29,902 nucleotides of DNA. It comes from a virus (Duplodnaviria > Caudoviricetes). The stretch lies in IMG/VR virus record IMGVR_UViG_3300046786_000059, positions 1-29,902 of that record; one strand, 5' to 3'. The notes under the pieces were generated by a model that was given only the letters and a program-made list of their open reading frames with translations, was not told the DNA's origin and did not search any database. The translations under genes were made by a program, and so were the position numbers. Positions within the stretch are counted from its first letter, which is position 1. Every line of letters starts with the position of its first letter. Shown piece after piece: positions 1 through 7,098 of the stretch.

Positions 1-127
1 TTACACCTTCAATTTTTGATACTATTGGTCCAGTTTTACAAATGGGAAGAGCAGTGTTTTATGGTTATAGTAATGAAGCTGCTTTAGGTGCAAACTTTAG
101 ATATGAGGGCGGTGATAAGTATATAAA
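1..127. repeat. Terminal direct repeat, left copy (circular assembly overlap)
   Basis: Bases 1-127 are identical to 29776-29902. The repeat lies inside an open reading frame, and 127 is a common assembler k-mer size. Confidence 0.95.
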
Positions 128-599
128 TACAGACTATGCATGTCTATATCAAATGAAAAATGGTACACATGTATTTTCAACAGCACCAATTGGCACTGGT
201 GGCACATCAGTTGCATTATCTGCCAGAATGATAATAAGAAGAGCTGGTGATATTACTAATTCAAGCAATGGTGTAATTAATCAAACATTTAGTAAACAAG
301 CTTATGTTGATGTAAATGGATATGTAGATATAGATACTGAAACTGGAGGCGGAAACTATAATGGTATTTTGATAGCATCAAATACTTACATATATAATGG
401 AGCAATTAGAAGTCAGGGAGTTTATGCTGTATTAGGTAGAGGTACAACTATTTCAATAACTACTCTTGGTGCGACAAATGGTAGTACAGATTCAGATGGA
501 TTTAATATATCAGCACCATCTGCAGGAATTATAAGAGTAAGATGTACTGGATATAATGCCAGTTCATTAGTAGTAACATGGTTTGGTAATCAATCATAA
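1..599 (+). CDS. C-terminal part of the tail fibre / receptor-binding protein (continuation of the gene starting at 27228)
   Basis: Track ORF 42..599 is in the same frame as the ORF from 27228 across the circular junction, so its Met is internal. The sequence is G/S/T/N-rich and beta-strand-like. Confidence 0.85.
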   Translation, partial: TPSIFDTIGPVLQMGRAVFYGYSNEAALGANFRYEGGDKYINTDYACLYQMKNGTHVFSTAPIGTGGTSVALSARMIIRRAGDITNSSNGVINQTFSKQAYVDVNGYVDIDTETGGGNYNGILIASNTYIYNGAIRSQGVYAVLGRGTTISITTLGATNGSTDSDGFNISAPSAGIIRVRCTGYNASSLVVTWFGNQS

Positions 600-614
600 A
601 AAATAAATAAAAAT

Positions 615-806
615 ATGACACAAGAAGAAATAAATCAATTAGTTAAAGACGAATGCATAAAATTCGCTGCTGAAGTTGCAATAAGATTTGGTAACCCAGA
701 TGACCAAAATATGGAAATACCACAAAAGGCTTATGATGATTGCAAATATTATTATGAAAATAATTACAATATTTCTGCTAAAGTATTAGCATTAGAGAAT
801 AAATAA
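615..806 (+). CDS. Hypothetical protein, 63 aa, ending SAKVLALENK
   Basis: Track ORF with an A-rich leader directly after the fibre gene. Confidence 0.65.
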   Translation: MTQEEINQLVKDECIKFAAEVAIRFGNPDDQNMEIPQKAYDDCKYYYENNYNISAKVLALENK

Positions 807-954
807 TATGATAAAGTTTAAAAATGGACTTATTATTACTAATAATCCAAAAATAGAAAAAACAACTTTTGGTGTTAAAATAACTAATAATTTAGGATTA
901 AGTATTGAAATATCTAATAAAGTGTGGCAATCTTTACAGCATTAGAGAATAAAT
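788..954 (+). repeat. 17-bp direct repeat AGCATTAGAGAATAAAT (788-804 and 938-954)
   Basis: Exact copies read from the sequence, 150 bp apart. Confidence 0.9.
808..945 (+). CDS. Hypothetical protein, 45 aa (MIKFKNGLIITNNPKIEK...VWQSLQH)
   Basis: Manual translation. The ATG is 1 nt after the previous stop and the ORF fills the space between the 17-bp repeats. Confidence 0.5.
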   Translation: MIKFKNGLIITNNPKIEKTTFGVKITNNLGLSIEISNKVWQSLQH

Positions 955-956
955 CC

Positions 957-964
957 TAAATTTG
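957..964 (+). promoter_or_regulatory. Bacteroidota-type -7 promoter element TAAATTTG
   Basis: Matches TAnnTTTG, is intergenic, and lies 14 nt before ATG 979. Confidence 0.55.
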
Positions 965-978
965 TAAAAAATAATCAT

Positions 979-1119
979 ATGACATTAAGCAACGAACAAT
1001 TACAACAATTAGAAGCTATCTTATTGGAAACACCATTTAAGTATGCTCAACCTATTTTAAACATCTTACAAAAGGCTGCTCAAGAACAAGCACCTAAAGA
1101 AGAAGTAAAAGAGAATTAA
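979..1119 (+). CDS. Hypothetical protein, 46 aa (MTLSNEQLQQLEAILLETPFKYAQPILNILQK...)
   Basis: Manual translation; packs tightly against the next ORF. Confidence 0.7.
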   Translation: MTLSNEQLQQLEAILLETPFKYAQPILNILQKAAQEQAPKEEVKEN

Positions 1120-1120
1120 G

Positions 1121-1285
1121 ATGCATCACGATAGCAACCAGCCAATTTTGAGTGTAATGTTAAGCGTTTCTGGAGCCTTGATTAGTTTAGGCAACTTTGT
1201 ACCTTTAGTTCAAATTACGGCAGGATTGGTTGGTATTGCATCTGGTATTGTGGCATTACATAAGCAACTAAAAAAGAAAAAATAA
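1121..1285 (+). CDS. Small membrane protein, 54 aa, holin-like
   Basis: Manual translation MHHDSNQPILSVMLSVSGALISLGNFVPLVQITAGLVGIASGIVALHKQLKKKK has two hydrophobic segments and a basic tail. TAATG overlap with the next gene. Confidence 0.65.
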   Translation: MHHDSNQPILSVMLSVSGALISLGNFVPLVQITAGLVGIASGIVALHKQLKKKK

Positions 1286-1827
1286 TGAAATCGGTTATTA
1301 TCACTTTATTAATAGCCGTTCTTATATTTTTCATATTTGACAAGTCAAAGTACATAGGCAACGAACCAATCATAGTAACTAAGGTTGACACTGTTTACTC
1401 TAAAGACACAATAGTAAAGATTAAGAAAGGTAAAGACATCCCTTTTGAGATTTACCGAGTTTTAGAAGATTCAATCTTCATCCACGATACGATACAAGTT
1501 TTAAGCGATTACTACGCAACAAGGGTATATAAGGACACAATTACCCAAGATTCAAGCAAGTTTTATATTCAAGATTCTATTTCCCAGAACAAAATTCTAA
1601 ATAGGGCATTTAAGGCTGAAATTGCCTACAAAACGATTTACAATACTACTACTATAACCAAAAAGGATAAGAATGCCATTTATTTAGGCTTTTTAACCGA
1701 TTTAATAGCATTTGACAATAAAGTAGGGTTAGGAGTTGGTTTAGGCTATTATACCCCTAAAAAAGGCTTATTTTTGCTAAACGCTACGACTAATCAATAT
1801 TCTTTAGGTTATTATAAAAAGTTTTAA
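1285..1827 (+). CDS. Membrane-anchored envelope protein of the lysis cassette (spanin-like candidate)
   Basis: N-terminal TM/signal segment, DT[VI] repeats and C-terminal amphipathic beta-strands ending in Phe; located in the lysis region. Confidence 0.5.
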   Translation: MKSVIITLLIAVLIFFIFDKSKYIGNEPIIVTKVDTVYSKDTIVKIKKGKDIPFEIYRVLEDSIFIHDTIQVLSDYYATRVYKDTITQDSSKFYIQDSISQNKILNRAFKAEIAYKTIYNTTTITKKDKNAIYLGFLTDLIAFDNKVGLGVGLGYYTPKKGLFLLNATTNQYSLGYYKKF

Positions 1828-1828
1828 T

Positions 1829-2095
1829 ATGCTACCAATAAAGTTTAAGGAGTTTGCTAAGAATCCCATTGTGGGAACTTTGTTTATTGTAATGGGTGCG
1901 ATAGGTGCTTTGTATGTAGATATTCGTTCTACTTTCCAAGACCAAGCTAAAAGCCAAGATGTAAGAATTGAGAAATTAGAGCATAGAGTTGATGTTGTTA
2001 GTGATGCTTTGAGAAAGTCAGATAGTTTAAGTGCGGTTTCTACAACTAAACTTTCTACATTGGCAGAGTTAGGAGCAATTAAAGGTTTAAAATAA
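1829..2095 (+). CDS. Single-TM coiled-coil protein (lysis cassette)
   Basis: Hydrophobic segment IVGTLFIVMGAIGALYV followed by a heptad-like region. Confidence 0.55.
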   Translation: MLPIKFKEFAKNPIVGTLFIVMGAIGALYVDIRSTFQDQAKSQDVRIEKLEHRVDVVSDALRKSDSLSAVSTTKLSTLAELGAIKGLK

Positions 2096-2388
2096 TGAGG
2101 TGGCTTTTATTAGTCTTTTTGGCTGGATGTGGGGTTACGGCTCAAAGTCCAAGCGAAACGCTAAAAGAGGACAAAGAGTTAGAGAACCTTTTAGGCAAGA
2201 TTAACCAGAATATAGAACTAACTATAAAGGTTCAAGACAAAGCAGATAAAAAACAAAAACAAATAGTAACTAAAGCAGCATCAACAATAAAAGAACTAAA
2301 AGAGGAACTTAATGAGACAAAAGCAAAGCTGGATTCTGTTAGTAATGATTCTATTGTGCCATTTAAGCTACTCCCAGTATCCCATTAA
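2095..2388 (+). CDS. Coiled-coil lipoprotein (o-spanin-like candidate)
   Basis: Lipobox-like LAGC after a short hydrophobic signal, then a K/E-rich coiled coil. Confidence 0.55.
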   Translation: MRWLLLVFLAGCGVTAQSPSETLKEDKELENLLGKINQNIELTIKVQDKADKKQKQIVTKAASTIKELKEELNETKAKLDSVSNDSIVPFKLLPVSH

Positions 2389-2707
2389 AAGATACTACAA
2401 AGGGGATTCGGTTTTGATTATGTCGGTTGAGCAAGGCGAGGAAATTAATAAGCTATATAAAAACTATAACGATTCAATAAGTTTACTAAAAGAAAACTTA
2501 AAGACTAAAAACAAAGTTTATGATTCTCTTTTCTCTACAATATCTACTCAAAAAGATAGCTTCTATAATTGGAAGTATAAATACAGTCTTAACAAGTCTT
2601 TATACCAAGATTGGGAAGAAAACCAACGAAAAATAGACAAGATACACGCAGCAAGTAAACTGATGCTAATCTTTATAATCATTTTACAATTCAGTCAATT
2701 AAAATAA
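2312..2707 (+). CDS. Exported coiled-coil protein with a C-terminal hydrophobic segment (spanin-like candidate)
   Basis: N-terminal signal peptide and C-terminal LMLIFIIIL; overlaps the lipoprotein gene in another frame, as Rz/Rz1 pairs can. Confidence 0.5.
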   Translation: MRQKQSWILLVMILLCHLSYSQYPIKRYYKGDSVLIMSVEQGEEINKLYKNYNDSISLLKENLKTKNKVYDSLFSTISTQKDSFYNWKYKYSLNKSLYQDWEENQRKIDKIHAASKLMLIFIIILQFSQLK

Positions 2708-2708
2708 T

Positions 2709-2933
2709 ATGAAACAGTTTTTCCAAGAAGACAACGGACAATTTAGTATGAAGAGATTATGCGGTTTATTATGTACGATAGCTTTATGTGCTACAATGTA
2801 CCATAACCAGTTTAGCGATGAGCATACTACACCAAGTCCTATGTTAGTTGAGGCAGTTGCTATGTTAGCTTTTGGAACGCTTGGTTTAACTTCAGTTGAG
2901 AAAATATTTAAAAAGAAACAAGATGCCGAATAA
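2709..2933 (+). CDS. Putative holin (2 TM)
   Basis: Two hydrophobic helices and a charged C-terminus, just upstream of the endolysin. Confidence 0.6.
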   Translation: MKQFFQEDNGQFSMKRLCGLLCTIALCATMYHNQFSDEHTTPSPMLVEAVAMLAFGTLGLTSVEKIFKKKQDAE

Positions 2934-3009
2934 CGAAAAAAGAGCATTTGCCATTGGCATTGCAGTTTGGATTGTCTTAATAACTATCTTTGCTAAACAT
3001 TTGATTTAA
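2923..3009 (+). CDS. 28-aa single-TM peptide (MPNNEKRAFAIGIAVWIVLITIFAKHLI)
   Basis: Manual translation; fills the gap between holin and endolysin and stops 1 nt before ATG 3011. Confidence 0.5.
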   Translation: MPNNEKRAFAIGIAVWIVLITIFAKHLI

Positions 3010-3010
3010 G

Positions 3011-3613
3011 ATGATAAGTAAAAAAGCTATTGATTTAATTATTCAGCACGAGGTTGGTGGTCGTGCCGTGTACGAAAAACGCTATCAAAAGCCTATCTGG
3101 GCAGGTGGCGAAAGTGGTTTAACAATCGGTTTAGGCTACGATGTGGGTTATGCTAAAGAAGTTGATTTATTTAGCGATTGGGCAGCTTTGAACTTAAACT
3201 TTTTAAACGCACTTAAAAGATTTTGTGGAGTAAAAGGCGAAGTGGTAAAGACAATGATGAAAGGCGAGGTTCTTAATGTTGTTATTCCGTACAATATGGC
3301 TTATGATGTTTTCGTTAAGAAATCAATCCCTAAGTATTATGCAATGACTAAAAAGATATATCCTCAATTAGATACTTTAAACGAAGATACAAGAGGTGCT
3401 TTAGTTTCTATGGTATATAACAGAGGTGCAAAGATTGAAGGCGATTCCAGAAAGGAAATGAAAGCAATCGTTGAATTAGTGGCAAAGCAAGATTACGAAG
3501 GGATTGCAGAACAAATTGAAAAGAGCAAAAGATTATGGGAGGGTAAAGGATTGGATGGATTGGTTGTAAGAAGAGAAAGCGAGGCGGACTTGATTAGATC
3601 AAGTATGGCATAA
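3011..3613 (+). CDS. Endolysin, lysozyme-fold (T4-lysozyme/pesticin-like) muramidase
   Basis: LIIQHEVGG with candidate catalytic Glu, SGLTIGLGYD, ALVSMVYNRG and GLVVRRESEA motifs. Confidence 0.85.
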   Translation: MISKKAIDLIIQHEVGGRAVYEKRYQKPIWAGGESGLTIGLGYDVGYAKEVDLFSDWAALNLNFLNALKRFCGVKGEVVKTMMKGEVLNVVIPYNMAYDVFVKKSIPKYYAMTKKIYPQLDTLNEDTRGALVSMVYNRGAKIEGDSRKEMKAIVELVAKQDYEGIAEQIEKSKRLWEGKGLDGLVVRRESEADLIRSSMA

Positions 3614-3630
3614 AAATAAAAACCTACATA

Positions 3631-4650
3631 ATGGCTGGAATGAAAACAACAATGAGTGGCAAGATAATTCTTGACTACTTAGAAAAGTATCCTCAATGGA
3701 TGCCATCTCATACTTTAGCTTCTTTAATCTATAAAGAGAATAAGAACCATTTTGATAACTCGGAGCAAATCCGAGCCTTAGTTAGATATTACAGAGGCAA
3801 ACTTGGTTCTACTGCTAAGAAACAATTAACCAACACTAAATTTGTTGATGAGTTTACAAGGCATTCGGCAAACTTTGTTCAGCCGCCTACATGGGTTGAA
3901 GAAAAGCAGATTTTCAATTTGCCGGTAGGAATAAAGAAAATGGGTTTTATTAGTGATTTGCAAGTTCCATTCCACGATCCGAAAGCAATAGATATTACAT
4001 TTGATTACTTAACAAAGGAAGGGATTGACACGCTATTTATCAATGGCGATTTGGTTGATTTCTATCAGTTAAGCGATTTCCAGAAAGACCCAAGAGTAAG
4101 AAAATTTGACGAAGAACACGAAGCTATTATTGAGATGTTAGCTTACATAAGAAAGTCGTTCCCAAATATTACTATTTACTACAACTTAGATAGCAATCAT
4201 GAGTTCCGCTACGAACGCTATATGCGAACAAAAGCACCAGAATTATTGAGTTTGCAATTATTTGAGATAGAAGACATTTTACAATTAAATACTTTTAACA
4301 TTAAGCCGTTAAAGAATAACGACCATGTTAAGTTCGGACATTTACCAATAATACACGGAGACACTACATTTAGACGAGGTTCTGGGGTAAGTCCAGCTAA
4401 GACTTTATACGACAGAGTTAAGCAGTCTGCAATTGCATCTCATGTACATAGAACAAGCGAATACACGACTAAAAACCAATTTGACGGAGAAATATTTACT
4501 TGTTGGACAACTGGGCATCTAATGCATCCAAATGTGGAATATTGTAAACACACAGACCAATACAATCAAGGTTTTGCAATATTAGAAAAAGATAAAAGCG
4601 GAGAGTTTAGAGTACACAACAAACGAATAATAAAAAACAAAGTATTTTAA
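3631..4650 (+). CDS. Calcineurin-like metallophosphoesterase with an N-terminal helical extension
   Basis: Motifs SDLQVPFHD, NGDLVD, SNHE, IHGD and SHVH occur in the canonical order. Confidence 0.85.
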   Translation: MAGMKTTMSGKIILDYLEKYPQWMPSHTLASLIYKENKNHFDNSEQIRALVRYYRGKLGSTAKKQLTNTKFVDEFTRHSANFVQPPTWVEEKQIFNLPVGIKKMGFISDLQVPFHDPKAIDITFDYLTKEGIDTLFINGDLVDFYQLSDFQKDPRVRKFDEEHEAIIEMLAYIRKSFPNITIYYNLDSNHEFRYERYMRTKAPELLSLQLFEIEDILQLNTFNIKPLKNNDHVKFGHLPIIHGDTTFRRGSGVSPAKTLYDRVKQSAIASHVHRTSEYTTKNQFDGEIFTCWTTGHLMHPNVEYCKHTDQYNQGFAILEKDKSGEFRVHNKRIIKNKVF

Positions 4651-4859
4651 TGAGCCAAGTAACCGAACAAGTAATAAACGACATCAAAGCAAGAGAACTC
4701 AAAGGATTAGAAACTTACGGAACAACATTAGATAGAACTGATCTAACGCAAGACGAATGGTTGGTCCATGCTTACGAAGAGGCATTAGACTTCGCTCTTT
4801 ATTTACGCAAACTAATAATAATAAGAAATGGCAACATTAAAATTACAAAAGGGATTTAG
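4650..4859 (+). CDS. Small all-alpha protein, putative nucleotide pyrophosphohydrolase-like
   Basis: KGLETYGTTL...WLVHAYEEALDFALYL contains an acidic EExxD helix resembling MazG-like folds. Confidence 0.5.
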   Translation: MSQVTEQVINDIKARELKGLETYGTTLDRTDLTQDEWLVHAYEEALDFALYLRKLIIIRNGNIKITKGI

Positions 4860-5028
4860 CAAAATGACACTATTTGAACAAGAAACAATCTTAGTAGGTA
4901 AGCTAAAAGAGGTTTACGATTTAGAAAACGAAATTAAAAAAGCGTTGGCAAAGGTTAGAGGTGGCTTAAAGTACACTCCTAAAGAAATTGACCGCTTAGA
5001 TTTGATTGAACTAAAAGATGAGAATTAG
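4828..5028 (+). CDS. Hypothetical protein
   Basis: Track ORF overlapping both neighbours in operon fashion. Confidence 0.6.
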   Translation: MATLKLQKGFSKMTLFEQETILVGKLKEVYDLENEIKKALAKVRGGLKYTPKEIDRLDLIELKDEN

Positions 5029-5287
5029 AATCATATATAAGAAACTGGGCAAAGAAAAGGCTCACGGCATTGCTTGTAGTGATGGCGAAATTCTTATTGA
5101 TTCAAGATTGCGTGGAAAAAAGCACTGTGAAATTTTAATCCATGAAGTCATGCACTTGTTAAATCCCGAAGATAGCGAGGAAGAGATAGTGCGTAAAAGC
5201 GTTGCCTTAACCAAGATACTATGGAAGGAGGGTTATAGAAGAGTTGACAATCACGACAAAGACCTGCTTCAAGACGGCTCAAAATAG
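5018..5287 (+). CDS. Small HExxH zinc metallopeptidase-like protein (ImmA/IrrE-like)
   Basis: ILIHEVMHLL followed by downstream Glu residues (SEEEIV). Confidence 0.65.
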   Translation: MRIRIIYKKLGKEKAHGIACSDGEILIDSRLRGKKHCEILIHEVMHLLNPEDSEEEIVRKSVALTKILWKEGYRRVDNHDKDLLQDGSK

Positions 5288-5293
5288 AAGTAT

Positions 5294-5301
5294 TATCTTT
5301 G
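5294..5301 (+). promoter_or_regulatory. -7 promoter element TATCTTTG for candidate sRNA1
   Basis: TAnnTTTG match in intergenic DNA, followed within ~55 nt by a terminator. Confidence 0.6.
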
Positions 5302-5305
5302 TAAT

Positions 5306-5357
5306 GTTGTTTTTTCATAGTTCAGGTTTCTCCCAGTGTAAAAAGCTGGGAGTTTTT
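5306..5357 (+). ncRNA. Candidate antisense small RNA 1
   Basis: Lies between a promoter element and a terminator. The reverse complement of 5306-5329 is AAACCTGAACTATGAAAAAACAAC, which resembles the start regions of early genes. Confidence 0.55.
5330..5357 (+). terminator. Intrinsic terminator
   Basis: CTCCCAG (5330-5336) pairs with CTGGGAG (5346-5352), followed by T5. Confidence 0.85.
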
Positions 5358-5360
5358 ATT

Positions 5361-5368
5361 TATATTTG
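5361..5368 (+). promoter_or_regulatory. -7 promoter element TATATTTG for candidate sRNA2
   Basis: TAnnTTTG match immediately after the first terminator and ahead of a second one. Confidence 0.6.
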
Positions 5369-5371
5369 CTC

Positions 5372-5434
5372 ATTCATATTGCATAGTTTAGATTAAGGTT
5401 TTATCCGAGCGGCGTTTCTACGCTGCTTTTTTTT
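5372..5434 (+). ncRNA. Candidate antisense small RNA 2
   Basis: Promoter-terminator unit with perfect complements to 7146-7157 (12 nt), 5798-5808 (11 nt) and 5997-6007 (11 nt), all at or next to start codons. Confidence 0.55.
5408..5434 (+). terminator. Intrinsic terminator
   Basis: AGCGGCGT-TTCT-ACGCTGCT stem with one G-U pair, running into T8. Confidence 0.85.
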
Positions 5435-5711
5435 ACCCTTTCGGGTAGGAATATATTTAATTGGACTTAGTTTATAACAGATAGGGTATAAGTAGTAATA
5501 CTGCTTAAATTGACACATATTTAAACTATATAAGTCAAAAAAGTCTTTTTTTGATATACAATTCTATATCATTGATTGATAAAGTCCAGTTTTTTGATTG
5601 ATAAACTGGACAATGTAAACCTATAAGTTTACTATTAGAAAACTTTTGTCAAGCTATTACTTTACTAAAATCATTAGCAAAATGAGCCAAATAAGGCAAC
5701 TAATCGGCTCA
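5434..5711. repeat. Array of short, mutually unrelated inverted repeats in non-coding DNA
   Basis: TACCC/GGGTA, TAAGTAGTA/TACTGCTTA, TTGAC/GTCAA, TCAAAAAAG/CTTTTTTTGA, TGATATA/TATATCA, GTCCAGTTT/AAACTGGAC, GTAAAC/GTTTAC and TGAGCC/GGCTCA. Confidence 0.7.
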
Positions 5712-5745
5712 AATGTTAAAATTTCCTTAAATAGTAAAAAATAAT

Positions 5746-5780
5746 TGTAGATAAGTTTGGTGGATAAGCTATGTGCATAT
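5746..5780 (-). promoter_or_regulatory. Three DnaA-box-like 9-mers at 13-bp period overlapping the early promoter
   Basis: TGTAGATAA (5746), GGTGGATAA (5759) and TGTGCATAT (5772) are each 8/9 matches to TGTGNATAA, the reverse complement of TTATNCACA. Confidence 0.55.
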
Positions 5781-5787
5781 ATCTTTG
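5756..5787 (+). promoter_or_regulatory. Early promoter, full Bacteroidota consensus
   Basis: TTTG (5756-5759), 20-nt spacer, TATCTTTG (5780-5787), 22 nt before ATG 5810. Confidence 0.8.
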
Positions 5788-5809
5788 AATCCTAAACAAA
5801 ACCTTAATT

Positions 5810-6007
5810 ATGAATTGGCAAACGACCATCTATTATGCCCAAGACGGCATTGACTACCAACAAATTTTAGAAGCACCACACATCCCAAGAGTAGGCGATA
5901 GTATTATCGCAAACTTTGGCAAAGGAGTACACAGAATTATGTTCACAGTAGAAAGTATTACATTTTCTACAATGTCAAACTCAATTATTATCACTTTAAA
6001 ACCTTAA
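5810..6007 (+). CDS. Hypothetical early protein
   Basis: Track ORF directly after the promoter. Confidence 0.7.
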   Translation: MNWQTTIYYAQDGIDYQQILEAPHIPRVGDSIIANFGKGVHRIMFTVESITFSTMSNSIIITLKP

Positions 6008-6010
6008 ACA

Positions 6011-6106
6011 ATGAACCAGTACGAAAAAGACTCAATCAAGCCTATTTATGCATTTATTATCGTATTAATAGGATTTATCTTAACCGCATTAGTGGAAAAC
6101 CTTTAA
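6011..6106 (+). CDS. 31-aa single-TM peptide (MNQYEKDSIKPIYAFIIVLIGFILTALVENL)
   Basis: Manual translation; fills the gap and has the same AAACCTT leader as neighbouring genes. Confidence 0.6.
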   Translation: MNQYEKDSIKPIYAFIIVLIGFILTALVENL

Positions 6107-6117
6107 ACCTTACAACT

Positions 6118-6342
6118 ATGGAAAAAACACAATTAAAACAATTAATCTGCTTTTTAGAAGATATGGCTTCTAAAGAGAATGACTTGCAAAGCGTATTAGC
6201 AATTAAAACTATTACATTACAAGTTTACTCAATGCTGACTGACGAAAGAAAAGACATTGAGGCTGCTTTTAATAGTGGCAAAAAATATCAAGATGTAACT
6301 GGAGATATGTATTATTTTATGAAATATATTTCTAACGACTAA
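6118..6342 (+). CDS. Hypothetical early protein
   Basis: Track ORF with an AACTATG start context. Confidence 0.7.
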   Translation: MEKTQLKQLICFLEDMASKENDLQSVLAIKTITLQVYSMLTDERKDIEAAFNSGKKYQDVTGDMYYFMKYISND

Positions 6343-6352
6343 ACCTAAAACT

Positions 6353-6652
6353 ATGAATCTAATCTATCAAGGAAAACAACTAAAACTACACAAAAGAGCC
6401 GCTTGTTTATTAGAATTGTTAAAGTCTGCACAATCCAGACAAACGCTATTTGAGAAGGACTTGGCAACTTGGCGAAAAGGCACAATGGATGATCCAATTC
6501 GTTTAATGCAACGAGAAGAGGACATTCTTATAAAGATTGCCAGAATGAACCAAGTTCAAAAGCGTATTTTAAAATCATATCATTTTTTAATATTGGATTT
6601 GTACGAAATCACAGAGGATTTTATGCTACCAATTAACCTTTTACACTTTTAA
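6353..6652 (+). CDS. Hypothetical early protein
   Basis: Track ORF with an AACTATG start context. Confidence 0.7.
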   Translation: MNLIYQGKQLKLHKRAACLLELLKSAQSRQTLFEKDLATWRKGTMDDPIRLMQREEDILIKIARMNQVQKRILKSYHFLILDLYEITEDFMLPINLLHF

Positions 6653-6653
6653 T

Positions 6654-6842
6654 ATGAGTTACATAGACAACAAAGCGTATTATATCAAGATGGTGCAAAT
6701 CTTGGAATTAGAAAACGAATTACTTAGAAAACAAATTAAAGAAACAAAACAAAAATTAAATGAGTTACTTAACCCATCCGATAATGAAGGAAAAATCGGG
6801 ATTAAAACAACAAATAGAGAAAGCGGACCAGATAATAGCTAA
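6654..6842 (+). CDS. Hypothetical coiled-coil protein
   Basis: Track ORF with the heptads LELENELLRKQIKE. Confidence 0.55.
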   Translation: MSYIDNKAYYIKMVQILELENELLRKQIKETKQKLNELLNPSDNEGKIGIKTTNRESGPDNS

Positions 6843-7098
6843 AGTTGCTGCGTTCTATGGTATGTCTAATGAAGATATAAGAGGCAAATGCCGTAAACAA
6901 GAACTGGTTAAAGCCAGATGGATTGCAATGTATTTTATTAGGCAACAAACGGACTTTACGCTAAATACAATTGGCGATATGTTCGGAAGAGACCACACAA
7001 CAGTAATCCACGCTTTACAGACTATTAATGATATTATGGCTTTACACTATGAAACGGACTTCAAAGAAGATTTTATAAAAATTCAAAGATTTATTTGA
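6760..7098 (+). CDS. Stand-alone DnaA C-terminal (domain IV) helix-turn-helix protein
   Basis: IRGKCRKQELVKARWIAMYFIRQQTDFTLNTIGDMFGRDHTTVIHA matches the DnaA domain IV signature; no AAA+ domain is present. Confidence 0.9.
   Translation: MSYLTHPIMKEKSGLKQQIEKADQIIAKVAAFYGMSNEDIRGKCRKQELVKARWIAMYFIRQQTDFTLNTIGDMFGRDHTTVIHALQTINDIMALHYETDFKEDFIKIQRFI

Noticed and set aside
5148-5318. Minus-strand 56-aa ORF (MKKQHYKDNT...) beginning inside sRNA1 with a good-looking start context
   Set aside because: It lies mostly antisense to the HExxH gene in an otherwise all-plus genome, and the equivalent minus-strand start in unit 2 gives only MQYE-stop. An antisense-RNA reading fits both units better, though this ORF is not formally excluded.
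5288-5809. CRISPR array or tRNA in the non-coding region
   Set aside because: There is no identical repeat with regular spacers and no cloverleaf with T-loop/D-loop consensus.
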